A stretch of 38,453 bases of DNA from Octopus bimaculoides (GCF_001194135.2 NC_068985.1:57178658-57217110); one strand, 5' to 3'. Numbered from the stretch's first letter, positions 11,745 through 23,723 are shown. A program made the numbers and translations. Notes: a model not told the origin generated them from the letters alone.

Positions 11745-11835
11745 TTGTCACGTGATATCATGTTAATTTGAACTGAGAATTGTATTAAGTGTACACGTGT
11801 AAGTGGAATTGTGCAGAATTGCACGTTAAATTTAC
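11745..11835 (+). mobile_element. Highly diverged fragment of SINE family C body
   Basis: ctgagaattgtattaagtgtacacgtgtaagtggaattgtgcagaattgcacgttaa resembles 2001-2058. Confidence 0.5.
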
Positions 11836-12584
11836 GTTTAAGAATTCAGTCAGTCGAGAAATTGAAGGCTCACCTTCGACACCGGCGGAAAACCCACTAA
11901 TAAACATTATATTTTATTTCTGGACTGTTTAATCAATAATTATCTGGTATACTTTGCCAGAGATTCTCTCCAAAACAGGTTACGACATGTTCAAGGAAAT
12001 CAGGGAAAAATCTTTAATCATTACATGAAAGAATAAACCAAAAAGAAATGTGAATGGTAGCCAGTCGACGCTATGTTTAACAGCACATTCAGGACTGTCT
12101 ATGTTTGGACATAGGCATACATGACCCATATTGCAAGCATTCATACCAAGTTCCTGGCTGGAATATTGTGACTTCACTGAGCGAAATTTTAAAAGGCACT
12201 GAAGAAATATCACTCCTCTTAAAATCAGCTTACCCTGATCCGAATTAGAACAGTCACACCACCTACTAACCGCTATACAACACCCAATGGCACAAATGAT
12301 TCTGTTCATGACAAAAGTCTTTATAACAAAATCTTTCAATATATGTCGTCACAGCTATCTAAGCTGGTACAGCTAATACAAATATCTCTCAAGTTGGTAC
12401 CCTAATACAAATATCTCTCCTCAAGTTGGTTTCTGCTGAGAAGTAGTTTTCCATTCCGTTTGCAAATTCTCACATTACTTTAATACGAACTTAGTAACAA
12501 ATATATACAGTTAGCCTTGTATAGTTATCTTCCATCGCCACACCCTCTTCCAAGTACATCCTCTTTCTGTACAGCTCTCCTCGT

Positions 12585-12701
12585 GTGTGTGTATGTATAT
12601 ACATACACACGCACACACACACACGCATACACACACACACATATATAGATACACACACACATATAAATATATATATATTTATATATATATATTTATGTAT
12701 A

Positions 12702-12800
<99 letters not shown>

Positions 12801-12889
12801 ATGTATATATATATATATATATGGATATATACATATGTACATATATATATATATTTATATATATATATGCGTGTGTGTGNNNNNNNNNN

Positions 12890-12978
<89 letters not shown>
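12585..12978. repeat. Compound (CA)n-(TA)n-(TG)n microsatellite with small gap
   Basis: Direct reading. The CA/TA/TG arrangement is self-complementary. Confidence 0.95.
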
Positions 12979-12979
<1 letters not shown>

Positions 12980-13317
12980 TTTGTAAGTCGAGTTTCGTAT
13001 AGTAAATAAACGAACAGAAAACAGATACAGAAGATCAAGTTGAAAAGCGTATACTAGATGTACAGACGAACGGAAAACAAACACGAAAGGTTACCAACTC
13101 CTCATCAGTTATCAGCCAAAGTGGCAAATGCAATTTCGGCCCATTATCGACAATATTGATTCTACACCGGAAGCACTGATAAAAAACTTGCCGGGAATGC
13201 GCCCAAAACAAAACGAGACGGACAGACAATAAATGGATGAACAAGCAATACGGAAATGCAAATGTGAAAATGGATAAAAGTAATTGGAGACAAGACCGTT
13301 AGTAGACGTTCGAAGGG

Positions 13318-13451
<134 letters not shown>

Positions 13452-13554
13452 ATCATCAGGGCATTGAAAATATGTCCAAATATCATCAAATTCAAAAGTA
13501 GCAGAACTACGAAAATGTATTTCCATGTGTACTGCGAAATGATGAAAAATAAAT

Positions 13555-13645
13555 GCATCGGCGAAATTTGAACTGAGAACATAAAGAACGAAATATCATT
13601 AAGCATTTTGCCCGGCGTGCTAACAATTCTGCCAGATCGCTTTCT
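13555..13645 (-). mobile_element. SINE family B 5' fragment (tRNA-derived head)
   Basis: cggcgaaatttgaactgagaac...taagcattttgcccggcgtgctaacaattctgccag matches the head of the 25991-26158 and 34228-34442 copies. Confidence 0.75.
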
Positions 13646-13774
13646 CAATACTACTAATAATGATGGACTGTCCCGTTGGAGACGACATATGAGTGATTAG
13701 TTTTAGCTGAACGACCTGCACAAATAAATTATTTGTTCAAATTGAGCAAACGAATGTGTTGTACATTAGCTCAT

Positions 13775-13964
13775 CATCTCCATGAAATCGACGTTCTCTG
13801 ACAGGTGCATGGTGTACTACGCGTCAGGTGTCTAACTAATTGCAGAGCAACGTGAGAGGAAATGTTCTGCTCAAGAACACAACGAACTATGTGATCCAGG
13901 AATTGAAACCACGATCTCGCGATCGTGAGTGCAACACTATAACCACTAGGCCATGCGTCCTCAC
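13775..13964 (-). mobile_element. tRNA-derived SINE, family D
   Basis: The minus strand begins gtgaggacgcatggcctagtggttatag...gtttcaattcc (A and B boxes), followed by tgtgttcttgagcagaacattt. Homologous to 32474-32690. Confidence 0.75.
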
Positions 13965-14189
13965 AAAAAACAACAATAATCCTTTCTACTGCATTAAACA
14001 ATCGGGAAGTCTACAACACCCGTTTTCACAACATACTTAAAAGGCTACATAACTAGAAGTTACGAGATCTTCGATTAAATAATTGATGCTATCTTACGTT
14101 AATATCGCGTGACGGACGGACGGTTAAACTGACCGCCATAGCATTTGAATTTTGAAAGTACAAGGCTAGAAAAATGCAGATAATTTTTT

Positions 14190-14410
14190 GTAGTTTTCTA
14201 CAATCCATCCGCCATCTTTTGACGTTCTTAATTGTATGTGGTGTGGAGCTGCTCTTCAAATTCCATACGTGGCTAACCAACTTAGTTGCATTACATTTAT
14301 GTGCCAGAAAGAAGATAGGTGGTTTGCATAGCGTCTCTTGAAATCCCCCTTACATGTCTCGATATCAGTTTTCTTTTCAACTGATTTGTCTTTTCTTCTG
14401 TCTCGTTCCA
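14190..14410 (-). mobile_element. Inverted partial copy of the GIY-YIG endonuclease region of the adjacent PLE
   Basis: The minus strand gives FKRRYANHLSSF and SHVWNLKSSSTPHT. It aligns in reverse to 16545-16690 (for example ttagccacgtat...tttgaagagcagctccacaccaca). Confidence 0.8.
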
Positions 14411-14476
14411 GATTTGGCACCAACCTTTTTCACGTTTTTTCCACGTTCTTGTTTTCAAAATTGATACCGCATGAAC

Positions 14477-14568
14477 GGGGGCCTGAAAAATTGCTTTAAG
14501 ATACATAGCGTATTTGATAAATATGCCTGTTCAAATATCATCATAGCATGAAACTATAAGTAGCTCTC
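14477..14568 (+). ncRNA. Type I hammerhead ribozyme in the 5' pLTR, core mutated
   Basis: GGGGC-CTGAAAA-T-TGC...GCA-T-GAAACT ata AGTA-GCTCT. Helices I, II (extended) and III and a GUA site are present. G8 is changed to A. Confidence 0.65.
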
Positions 14569-14760
14569 TCGGTTGCATATTTAATTTTATATTTATCTCT
14601 CAATGGATGGAGTACTTTTGTTGATTCTACCGGTATTGGATCTTTAAACTATACCTCCAAATGCGTGGGTTTCTAGTGCAAATCCAATTTCCACATTGTT
14701 TGGCTTAAGCCACGTGAAGTTGAATGACTAAGGAATCGTCAAAAATTAATAGACATTATT

Positions 14761-16821
14761 ATGGATCGATATCCCTTGAATTACTCCATAAAAATTATAC
14801 TTATACTAACAAATAATATATACTTTCGGATGATTTTAGAGAAAGTCGAAGAGCTCGTGCAACGGGTGAGATGGAAAGCTTTATTTTTTGATGCAGCTTT
14901 AACTTCTAATTTCAAGGATCACTATGATTGAAAGACTCATAAATATTCACCTAAGGTTAAAGATTTAGTTCCTTTCGAATCAAACTTCCTCGATTTAGTA
15001 ACTATCATTAGATTTCGTAAGTACAATAACCATTTTCGAGCGAAACTAAAATCTGAAATTAGTAAATTTAGAAGTTCTAAAAACAAATTTGTATTTTGGT
15101 ATAAGACTAATAACCTATATGAAGTTAATGGCTTATATGATAATTAGCTACATGATACCATATTTGCTAAATATAGGAAAACTGATAAAGATAGATGCAG
15201 TGATATTAACAACGAGGCTAAATTCCTCTCTAAACGGAGTAAAATTGATGATAAATAAAAATACTAGCTAAACGAGAAACTTCTATTACTCTAAAAGATC
15301 ACAACCCCAGTTTCAGTAATAAGCCTACTTGTAGAATTTTAAATCCAGCGAGAACTGAAATGGGTTTCGCAGCTAAAAATATACTACGGATGATAAATAT
15401 TCAGAATAAGAAAGACAGCTAAACTACAATAATGGGATAATACCAACACTGTGATAGATTGGTTTAAGAATATAAAGCATAGAGCTAGATTAATTCAATT
15501 TGACATTGTTGATTTCTATTCCTCGAAATCCTGATCATTGCTAGATAAGGCGATTGAGATTACACAAATGTATATGGATATAGACCACATATACCTGGAC
15601 TTCACCATGCATGTGAGAAAAACATTTCTATTTAGTAAAGGCTCTGCACGCGTTTAAAATATTAGGTTCAGAAAGTTGTTTGATGTATAGATGGGATCAT
15701 ATGACAGTGCAGACATCTGTGATCTTGTAGATCTCTATATTACATACAGTGAGATCCAAGTTCCCACCCCATGATGTTTGTCTATATCGAGACAATGGGT
15801 TGGAAATATCGCATAGCTGTGATGGTCACACTCTTAATAAATTTCGAAAAAATCTCACAGATACCTCTAGTCAATTAACCTCAAAATCATTATTACTACT
15901 AATCTGTCTAAAGTTGATTTTTTAGATGTTTCTCTAGATTTAAACTCCCACTCTTATAAGCTGTATCATAAGCTAAACAAGATCTCTTGCATACATAAAC
16001 ATTCTTGTCACACACTTATAATTTTAAAAAATTTAATGCTTTACATTAGTAATAGGATATCAAACCTATCTTCTTCTAAACACATATTTGATATGATAAG
16101 GAAGCCTTGTACTTTAATAATGCCCTAGCTAATAGCAACTTGAAATATAAAATATATTCCATCTATTTAAGTACAAATATGAATCGTAAAAATAAACCTC
16201 AAATATACCAAAGAAAATAATTTGGCTCGCTACTCCTTTCTGCATTAACGTAGGCAAGAAATTTCTGAGACTTTTAGATAGACATTTTCCAAAAAAAAAA
16301 ACATAAATGCAAGAAACTTTTTAACAGCGCTGAATAAAAATATCATACAACTGCTGCACCAACATGAAGAACATTATAACTCGCAAAAGTCACCAAGAGT
16401 CCACTCCCAGTTGTAACTGTCGAGACCCTGAGGCTTCCCACTTTACCAGGCTTGTATGAGAAACCTCGTCATATATCAAGCTGAAGTTACATCTACACTC
16501 CAAGACAAATCAAATGAAAAGAGGAGATGCATCGGGTTATATGAGAGGAAATTCAGGAGACGTTATACAAACCACTTATCGTATTTCCGGCACATCGATA
16601 ACAGTAGTGCAACTAAGTAGACTAGCCACGTATAAATTTTGAAGAGCAGCTCCACACCACACACAACTAAGTGGAGAATAGTGGAGAAACCTAAGTCATA
16701 TGTTAATCGGTCTAAGAAATGCAACTTATGCGTAGCAGAAAGATCTAATATTCTTCTTCGATCCAGCAATTCCAACACTATGCTTAATTCGAGATCTGAA
16801 ATTTTTACCAGGTGTAGATAA
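14761..16821 (+). pseudogene. PLE reverse transcriptase plus C-terminal GIY-YIG endonuclease, many stops and frameshifts
   Basis: Translates as MDRYPLNYSIK..EKVEELVQRVRWKALFF, TLKDHNPSFSNKPTCRILNP, QFDIVDFYS, MGSYDSADICDLV, LYRDNGL, VDFLDVSLDL, CNCRD, VIYQAEVT, RRRYTNH and KKCNLCVAERSNIL..LNSRSEIFTRCR. The motifs and compact ~2 kb size resemble the Hydra clade of PLEs (inference). Confidence 0.85.
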
Positions 16822-17113
16822 ATTGACGGGTTTCTTTTATCGAGATGGAGGCCACCACCCGCTTTGGATTCAGTTGCTGTCTTGCAGACTTAGACATATT
16901 TTCTGTTAGTTTGTTCGAGACCAGTTGTATTTAATGAGCTTCTGCAATAAATGAGGACGAGGATAGTAAATTTTTATTTCGTTTATCTTTTCGCGTTGCA
17001 GTTTTTGCACCAACGTACATCATGTTTTCCCAACGTTTTTTTCCTTATTTTATTACTATCCAGGGATCTTGCTTAAAAAAAAAAAAATATATATATATAT
17101 ATATAACGTATGA

Positions 17114-17203
17114 AAGGAGCCTGAAAGATTGCTTTATGATACATGGCGTATTTTATAATATCTGTTCAAGCGTCATAACAGCATTAAAATATTAGTAGCT
17201 CTT
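17114..17203 (+). ncRNA. Type I hammerhead ribozyme in the 3' pLTR, decayed
   Basis: GGAGC-CTGAAAGA-T-TGC...GCA-T-TAAAA...AGTA-GCTCT. Homologous to 14477-14568. One extra base in the core and GAAAC lost. Confidence 0.55.
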
Positions 17204-17333
17204 CACTTGTATATATAATTTCATATATATATATATGTGTGTGTATATATAAGCATCACTAAACGTGACTAAGGGTGTCAACATACATACATTGCTAAAT
17301 GTATGCTAAATGTTTTTAATGCTCTAGGAAAAG

Positions 17334-17405
17334 TACATAAATGTCTAGTGCTTAGGATTCCTGGCTTTCACCCAGGCGGCCTGGGTTCGTTTCCCTACAT
17401 GGGAA
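17334..17405 (+). pseudogene. tRNA-Glu(TTC) pseudogene
   Basis: gtctagtgcttaggattcctggctttcacccaggcggcctgggttcgtttccctacatgggaa closely follows eukaryotic tRNA-Glu(UUC). The anticodon stem CCTGG/CCAGG with TTC at 17367-17369 is intact. The 5' acceptor strand and part of the T-stem are broken. Confidence 0.8.
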
Positions 17406-17417
17406 CGCATATTATAA

Positions 17418-17829
17418 GCGCAGGGGTGGCTGTGTGGTAAGTAGCTTGCTTACCAACCACATGGTTCCGGGTTCAGTCCCACTGCGTGGCGTCTTGGGCA
17501 AGTGTCTTCTACTATAGCCTCGAGCCGACCAAAGCCTTGTGAGTGGATTTGGTAGACGGAAACTGAAAGAAGCCCGTCGTATATGTGTATATATATATAT
17601 GTATGTGTGTGCGTGTGTTTGTGTGTCTGTGTTAGTCCCCCTAGCATTGGTTGACAACCGATGCTGGTGTGTTTATGTCCCCGTCACTTAGCGGTTCGGT
17701 AAAAGTGACCGATAGAATAAGTACTAGGCTTACAAAGAATAAGTCCCGGGGTCGATATGCTCGACTAAAGGCGGTGCTCCAGCATGACCGCAGTCAAATG
17801 ACTGAAACAAGTAAAAGAGTAAAAGAGTA
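17418..17829 (+). mobile_element. tRNA-derived SINE, family A, near full length
   Basis: A box tggctgtgtggt, B box ggttcagtccc, central cttgggcaagtgtcttctactatag...gtagacggaaactgaaagaagcccg, internal microsatellite, and tail caaatgactgaaacaagt(aaaagagt)n. Homologs at 23388 and 36284. Confidence 0.9.
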
Positions 17830-18038
17830 NNNNNNNNNNNNNNNNNNNNNNNNNNNNNNNNNNNNNNNNNNNNNNNNNNNNNNNNNNNNNNNNNNNNNNN
17901 NNNNNNNNNNNNNNNNNNNNNNNNNNNNNNNNNNNNNNNNNNNNNNNNNNNNNNNNNNNNNNNNNNNNNNNNNNNNNNNNNNNNNNNNNNNNNNNNNNNN
18001 NNNNNNNNNNNNNNNNNNNNNNNNNNNNNNNNNNNNNN

Positions 18039-18069
<31 letters not shown>

Positions 18070-19155
18070 TGACAGTGGCTGTTATCGCTCGAAACACTGA
18101 CTCAAGAATTCCTATGACAGAACGTCCATTTTCGGCTATTTCAGGTGCTTTCATTAGTAAGGACCGCTTGTTCGGCAGATTGTGAGCCAATATTCCCGTC
18201 AGCATATATGTATTTACCATAAAAGTGTATGGATGATTTAGCGGATCGCTGATATGCTTACAAAAGTTAATATAAGCAGGTAGGCGCAATGTGATACCAT
18301 AATGGAACAATATAAAGGTCACTGAACGTGACTAAGGGTGTCAAGATACCTACATTGCTAGAAATAAGAGAAATATTATAGAAGTAATAGAAATATTATT
18401 TATGTACCTGTGTATAGATGCAGTTATATATGTACACACAGACATACACACACACTCACACACACATAAAGATGTTATAAAGCTGTTGAAACTTATTTTT
18501 GCTTAAGCTTAAATGATTTAACCTAAGCTATGGTTATTTTGTATGCGAATCTATGCGAATATAGTTTCATGCTAATGCAGGTGACTTTAGTGTGATATTT
18601 TTTTCCGTCTTCTATGATGTCTGAAACTTTCAAATACTGTATTTAATGTTAATTTTATTTCAGTAGCTTAAAAAGAAATAACTATGTTCATCTTAGTTTT
18701 TACTTACTTTATCTCATTAAAATTGTAAATCAATATGCAGCAACTTTCAGCGAAGATGAATTTTCAAAGATAGTTACTGAGCAGCGGTTAAAAATATGTT
18801 TAGTCGAATGTGCATAATTTTATCCGTAATTGAGTCTGCATTTTAATTCAGTAAAAATCATCAAAATTAATAATATAGATCACCGCTATCAAAAACACAG
18901 AAAAGACGAGAAATGTTTCCCTGTATATGTATCGAAAGAATATTTTAAACAAAAAAAAACAAAACAAAACAAAAAAAAACAAAGCAAAAGAATATCTACA
19001 TTATACCTGAGTTTGCAGATAATGAAAACTAGAAGTCCTATACCTAATGGAGTGTTCGTTGGAAACAAAACTTTTCATTATGTAGATACACACCTGCATT
19101 CAAAGACACATATAAACGCAGCACGCGCGCACATACCCACCCACACCTATACAAC

Positions 19156-19248
19156 CGAGTTTATTGAGCGAGGCACGTTTCGAAAAGACACCCGATGAGA
19201 CACATCTGTACCGAGTGTTGCACCACAGCAGGTTCTCCAGAAACTCAC
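19156..19248 (-). CDS. Candidate internal exon of an unidentified host gene
   Basis: GC-richer unique island with acceptor ...catcggtctcttgcag. 93 nt, phase 1-1, reading EFLENLLWCNTRYRCVSSGVFSKRASLNKL. The donor (G|gttgta) is weak, CAG|GTGAGT could instead be a donor, and the peptide is not recognised. Confidence 0.2.
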
Positions 19249-19821
19249 CTGCAAGAGACCGATGCAAGATGGGTTGAAACGATCGATTTCGATTAATCTC
19301 ATGAATTCAATTTTCTCTCTCCCATTTGTTATATGTATATATACACACACATAGATATATGTTTATTTACATGCGTATGTGTCTGTGTGTCGGCGTACAT
19401 ATAGAAACTCATCATAGGTTGTCTAATGTTTCTCTAAACACACGGTGGTTACTCCAGACTAGCAAGAATCTAACTCGACGGAGTGAAAGATAAATAATAA
19501 AATAAACCAATATAAAATGTTTCTTATCTCCATTACAATTCTGAGTAATCTTTCTTTATCAGTCTATAGTAAGTATGTATGTATGCATGTATGTATATAT
19601 ATATATATATATATATNNNNNNNNNNNNNNNNNNNNNNNNNNNNNNNNNNNNNNNNNNNNNNNNNNNNNNNNNNNNNNNNNNNNNNNNNNNNNNNNNNNN
19701 NNNNNNNNNNNNNNNNNNNNNNNNNNNNNNNNNNTATATATCAGATAAAACTTACTTGGAAATGGATGCGTGGCGTTCGATCATATAATAATATAAATAA
19801 TATATAAATATATACATATAT

Positions 19822-20243
19822 ACATACATATATGTACATACCTACATATATATGTATATATACATGCATATATGGATACAGGACATAAAAAACGTAGACA
19901 AAATGAGAAACTGGAACGTAAAAGACAAAAACATAGAAAACGGACTTTTTTATGGACAACGAAAGAAAGAAACACACAGAAAAACGAGACAGGCAAGATA
20001 AAAAATATTGTCCCTACCTTCGAAACGCGGAGTAGATAAAACAGGGAACAACTGATGAAGGGAAAGCTTTTTTATGTTGCCTGTCTCGTTTTTATTTTGT
20101 TTGTTTCTTTTGTTTTTCGTTTTCTATGTTTTTGTTTTCTTATGTTCTCATTTCTCATTTTGTCTACGTTTTTTTGATGTCCTCTACACATACATGCATG
20201 TATATATATACATATATATGTAGGCATGTACATATATGTATGT
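19822..20243. mobile_element. Foldback / MITE-like inverted repeat
   Basis: The left arm 19822-20015 pairs with the right arm 20043-20243 (for example ggacat..aaaaaacgtagacaaaatgagaaa and aaaaacgagacaggcaa). Spacer about 27 nt. The right arm runs into an N gap. Confidence 0.8.
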
Positions 20244-21200
20244 NNNNNNNNNNNNNNNNNNNNNNNNNNNNNNNNNNNNNNNNNNNNNNNNNTGTATATA
20301 TATATACATATATGCATATACATATATATATAAATTTCGCATGAAGATTCTTAAAGTCTCAAAAATTTCATTCTTCACATTCTGTAAATATTCTGACAGT
20401 GACATCGTTGACCTGAACAGTTTTCCTACTACTACCATTACTACACCGGATCTTGATGTTGTTGTTGTTGTGTATCGCCGCTGATTTTAGTTGTGCTGGT
20501 GACGATAATGGGAGTAGGGTCGTCGATGAAAAACAAACACGATGAAAATAATGACGTCAGTGATTCTAACGATGATAGTAATAATGTTTGTGATCTCCTT
20601 AGATATGTCTGCCGGGTCAATAGAGATGTTCTAAAGACGAATATATTTGTACGTGATAGAGAATCAAAAGCTTATTATGAATATAAAGTAACAAAAACAA
20701 ACATAGAAAAACTGTCTTTTACTCAAGATGGAGATTCAAGTGAATTAAACAGACCTTGTCTGATCCTTGAAACTAACACGTATCACTCTGAGAACCACTG
20801 TCTGCTGCGTTTTCTTTTTTGTCTTTAAATAGATTGACAGACAGAATCTGTATATTTTTGTTACTCTAATTCATTATTTTCTGTCCAAGTATTATATTCT
20901 TTCCATTCTATTTTACCCTTCATGAGATTGTCATGATTATAATAGATTTATTTGTTTGTGGTCTGGTTCAAATTATCGTCTTTCTCTTTAAGAATGACAT
21001 TGTCTTTCTAAGAATCAACCCGCCTGCTGTCTTATCCGCACCAAGTAAAACAATTTTTACAAAATTTGTTTTAAAACCCTCGGTTTCGTTTTCTTTGCGC
21101 AAAGTTAGAATTCCTGTGATTTTTGTTCATTTACTGTTCACTTCTTAATTTTTTTTCATTTCTTTATCATTTTTATCATGAATATTTATTTTTATTATGG

Positions 21201-21256
<56 letters not shown>
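21201..21256. repeat. (CTA)n microsatellite
   Basis: Direct reading. Confidence 0.95.
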
Positions 21257-22189
21257 GTTATTGTTATTGTTGTTGTTGCTTTATTTTTGGTATCAGTCGC
21301 CTCCGGCTTCTTTAATTCCTAATTCTCGGCAATATCGCCTTACGGTAAAAATACTCATACACATAAAACACAAGAGAATAAAAAGGAAAAGTCGAAGAAA
21401 AAACGAACATATGTGATTTCTTCTTAAATAAACAAGATAGTGTTTAGTATACAATGCATATTGCTACTACTATAGACATTGACTGCATCATTCGGTTTCA
21501 TTTAGGTTTTCCTAGATGTTCTGTTGGAATGATATTCTTAACTCAACTCGAAAAGATAAAAATAAAGGATCAAAAGAGATGATTTACAGTAGGCATACTC
21601 AGTACATGTTTACATAAAGGCATTCAGTTCGGATGGAGGATTTTTTTTTAAATGCCTTGCTTTACAACCACAAAATTTTAGCTTCAGTCCTACTGCGCAA
21701 TATCTTGGATAAGAATGTCTTACCATAATCACGTGTGTGTGTGCATGTATGTGCATGTGTGTATGTCTGTCTGTTTGTGTGTGTGTGGGTATGCGGGTAC
21801 GTGTGTATCTGTTTGTGTGTGTGCATGTGTGTGTGCATGTGGGTGTGTGACTGTTTGCATGTGTGCGTATGTGTATATGTGTGTGTGTGTCTGTATCACG
21901 ATGTTTATTTTATTTCATAATATTTAAATAAGGTTTAGTAAACAGAATTTTACTAATACGTTAAATAGGTTAAGTGGAATCAAAGTTGGAATTTGTCATA
22001 TATGCACTACCATTAAAAATATACATTTAATGATACTTCATGTAATTTCTATTGCGTAATAAGTACGGCTGTATGATCGATTGTATCAAAAATGTGAGTT
22101 GAGATAATTTACATTTTACTTCTTTCAGGCATTGGACTGCAGCCAGGATAGGGCACCATCTGGAATTGCTATCATCAAACCAACTGAAT

Positions 22190-22256
22190 GGGGCTGAACC
22201 AGAAACCAAGTGATTGAAAACCAACCTTGTTAACCACATAGCCATACCTGTGCCAT
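22190..22256 (-). mobile_element. Diverged SINE family A head fragment
   Basis: The minus strand reads ggcacaggtatggctatgtggttaacaaggttggttttcaatcacttggtttctggttcagcccca, resembling the 17418 head. Confidence 0.55.
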
Positions 22257-22724
22257 AATGGTTTCCTGTCACGACAAGGCAATGACTACATATGAGAAGC
22301 AAGCTTATTCAGTCGAACACCAGCCACTTAGTGCTTTCTCGTTTCCATTGGTGTGAACTTACATTGTGCTATATACATCCAAGGAATGAAAACTTACGAT
22401 GAAAAATTACCTAATTTTATGAATATAGCCGATATTTAACATACACGTTGTACAAAAGTCTTCTGAAATTCAATAGCGGCTGGCAATATACAAAATAAAT
22501 AAAATAAAAAAAAAGTAATTGGTATATGTTATGAATCTCGGGACTAAATTATTTTGCTTTCGTTGTGGTTAGAATGAAATACTATTATTGCGTAATATCA
22601 TGTGGTTCTTGAATCAAATGAATTACAATATATCTTATCTACTATTAAATCTTCATGATAATCTCTATGCCAGAGAAAACAGGATTGAAACAATATATTA
22701 CTGCTTTAATAGGAAGAACTATAC

Positions 22725-22728
<4 letters not shown>

Positions 22729-22786
<58 letters not shown>
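22729..22786. repeat. (TA)n microsatellite
   Basis: Direct reading. Confidence 0.95.
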
Positions 22787-22798
<12 letters not shown>

Positions 22799-23387
22799 GC
22801 ACACACACGTATATAAATAAAAGCAAAAAACAACAACTAAGTTATTATATATACATTTATAGATTAAAGTCGTGAATGATAATATATGATACTAAAACGA
22901 TTTTTTGTCTCATGTAACAGAGGAGATCTGTCTATTCCGTTTCATTGGATTCTCTATATTCAGAACTGATATTTACCATATAACAGACCACTCCAGCTAT
23001 TATAATACTAAGTTATTCTTTATTTATGTGTAGTAGTATAGCTAGACAAAGCTGTCTTTGCTAGAATAATGAAAACGAAACAATGTGAAGGAATCGATTT
23101 GGTGTATTCGCTTTAGAACATGCGGTACATGCATTACTCAAACAGTTCACTTCGTGGGTTTTCCAGCATACATCAACGAAAGATCCCTAACAATTTTAAT
23201 AATGTACTGATGTAAAAACCACACATAATGATAGCGCAGGATCAATATTGCACATACATCAATTCCAATACATACATACATACATACATACATACATACA
23301 CACACACACATACATACATACATACATACATACATACAAAGATATATATATATATATATATATATGCATATATGTGTATGTACGTAT

Positions 23388-23723
23388 GCAGGCGTGGCAC
23401 CTTGGACAGGTTCTTTCCACTATAGCCTAGGGACGACCAAAGATTTGTGAGTGGATTAGGTAGAAGGAAACTGAAAGATGATCGCACTACATGCCTACAC
23501 ACATACACGTATATATCTATGACTGTGTGTCTTTGTGTCTGTTTTTCTCCCCATCACCACTTGATGACCGGTGTTGGTGTGTAAAAGGTGTCCAATAGAA
23601 TAAATAATAGGCTTAACAAATAAGTCCTGAGATCGATTTGTTCAACTATAACCCTTTAAGGCGGTGTTCCAGCATGGCAGCAGTCAAATGACTGAAACAA
23701 GTAAAAGAATAAAAGAATAAAAG
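23388..23723 (+). mobile_element. SINE family A copy lacking most of the tRNA head
   Basis: gcaggcgtggc joins directly to accttggacagg...; body and (aaaagaat)n tail match 17418-17829. Confidence 0.8.

Larger units (their letters stand above)
14415..17222 (+). mobile_element. Near full-length decayed Penelope-like element (PLE1) with direct terminal repeats (pLTRs 14415-14590 and 17005-17222)
   Basis: An ORF remnant is bracketed by two homologous ~180-220 nt repeats, each containing a hammerhead motif. Confidence 0.85.
17256..18360. repeat. 42-nt direct repeat (17256-17297 and 18319-18360)
   Basis: tcactaaacgtgactaagggtgtcaacatacatacattgcta versus tcactgaacgtgactaagggtgtcaagatacctacattgcta, 39/42 identical. 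Confidence 0.85.

Noticed and set aside
11980-12339. 119-aa minus-strand ORF as a gene
   Set aside because: No recognisable domain and a non-ATG start. Only a short internal segment is kept as an exon candidate.
12992-13108. Minus-strand CTGATGAG with a distant GAAAC
   Set aside because: No helix II or helix I pairing and no NUH in register.
14761-16821. In-frame TGA as selenocysteine (as in some Naiad PLEs)
   Set aside because: The stops are mixed TAA/TAG/TGA with frameshifts, and the endonuclease is C-terminal rather than N-terminal, so this is ordinary decay.
20021-20058. Type II hammerhead in the foldback spacer
   Set aside because: GAAAC and CUGAUGA are present, but no helix I can be formed and helix III would be only 2 bp.
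20340-21340. Asn/Ser/Gln-rich coding-looking stretch, the 111-aa ORF at 20493 and a RYCRELGIKEAGGD-stop segment
   Set aside because: Stops occur in all frames over short distances, the content is low-complexity triplet repeat, and the splice signals are weak.
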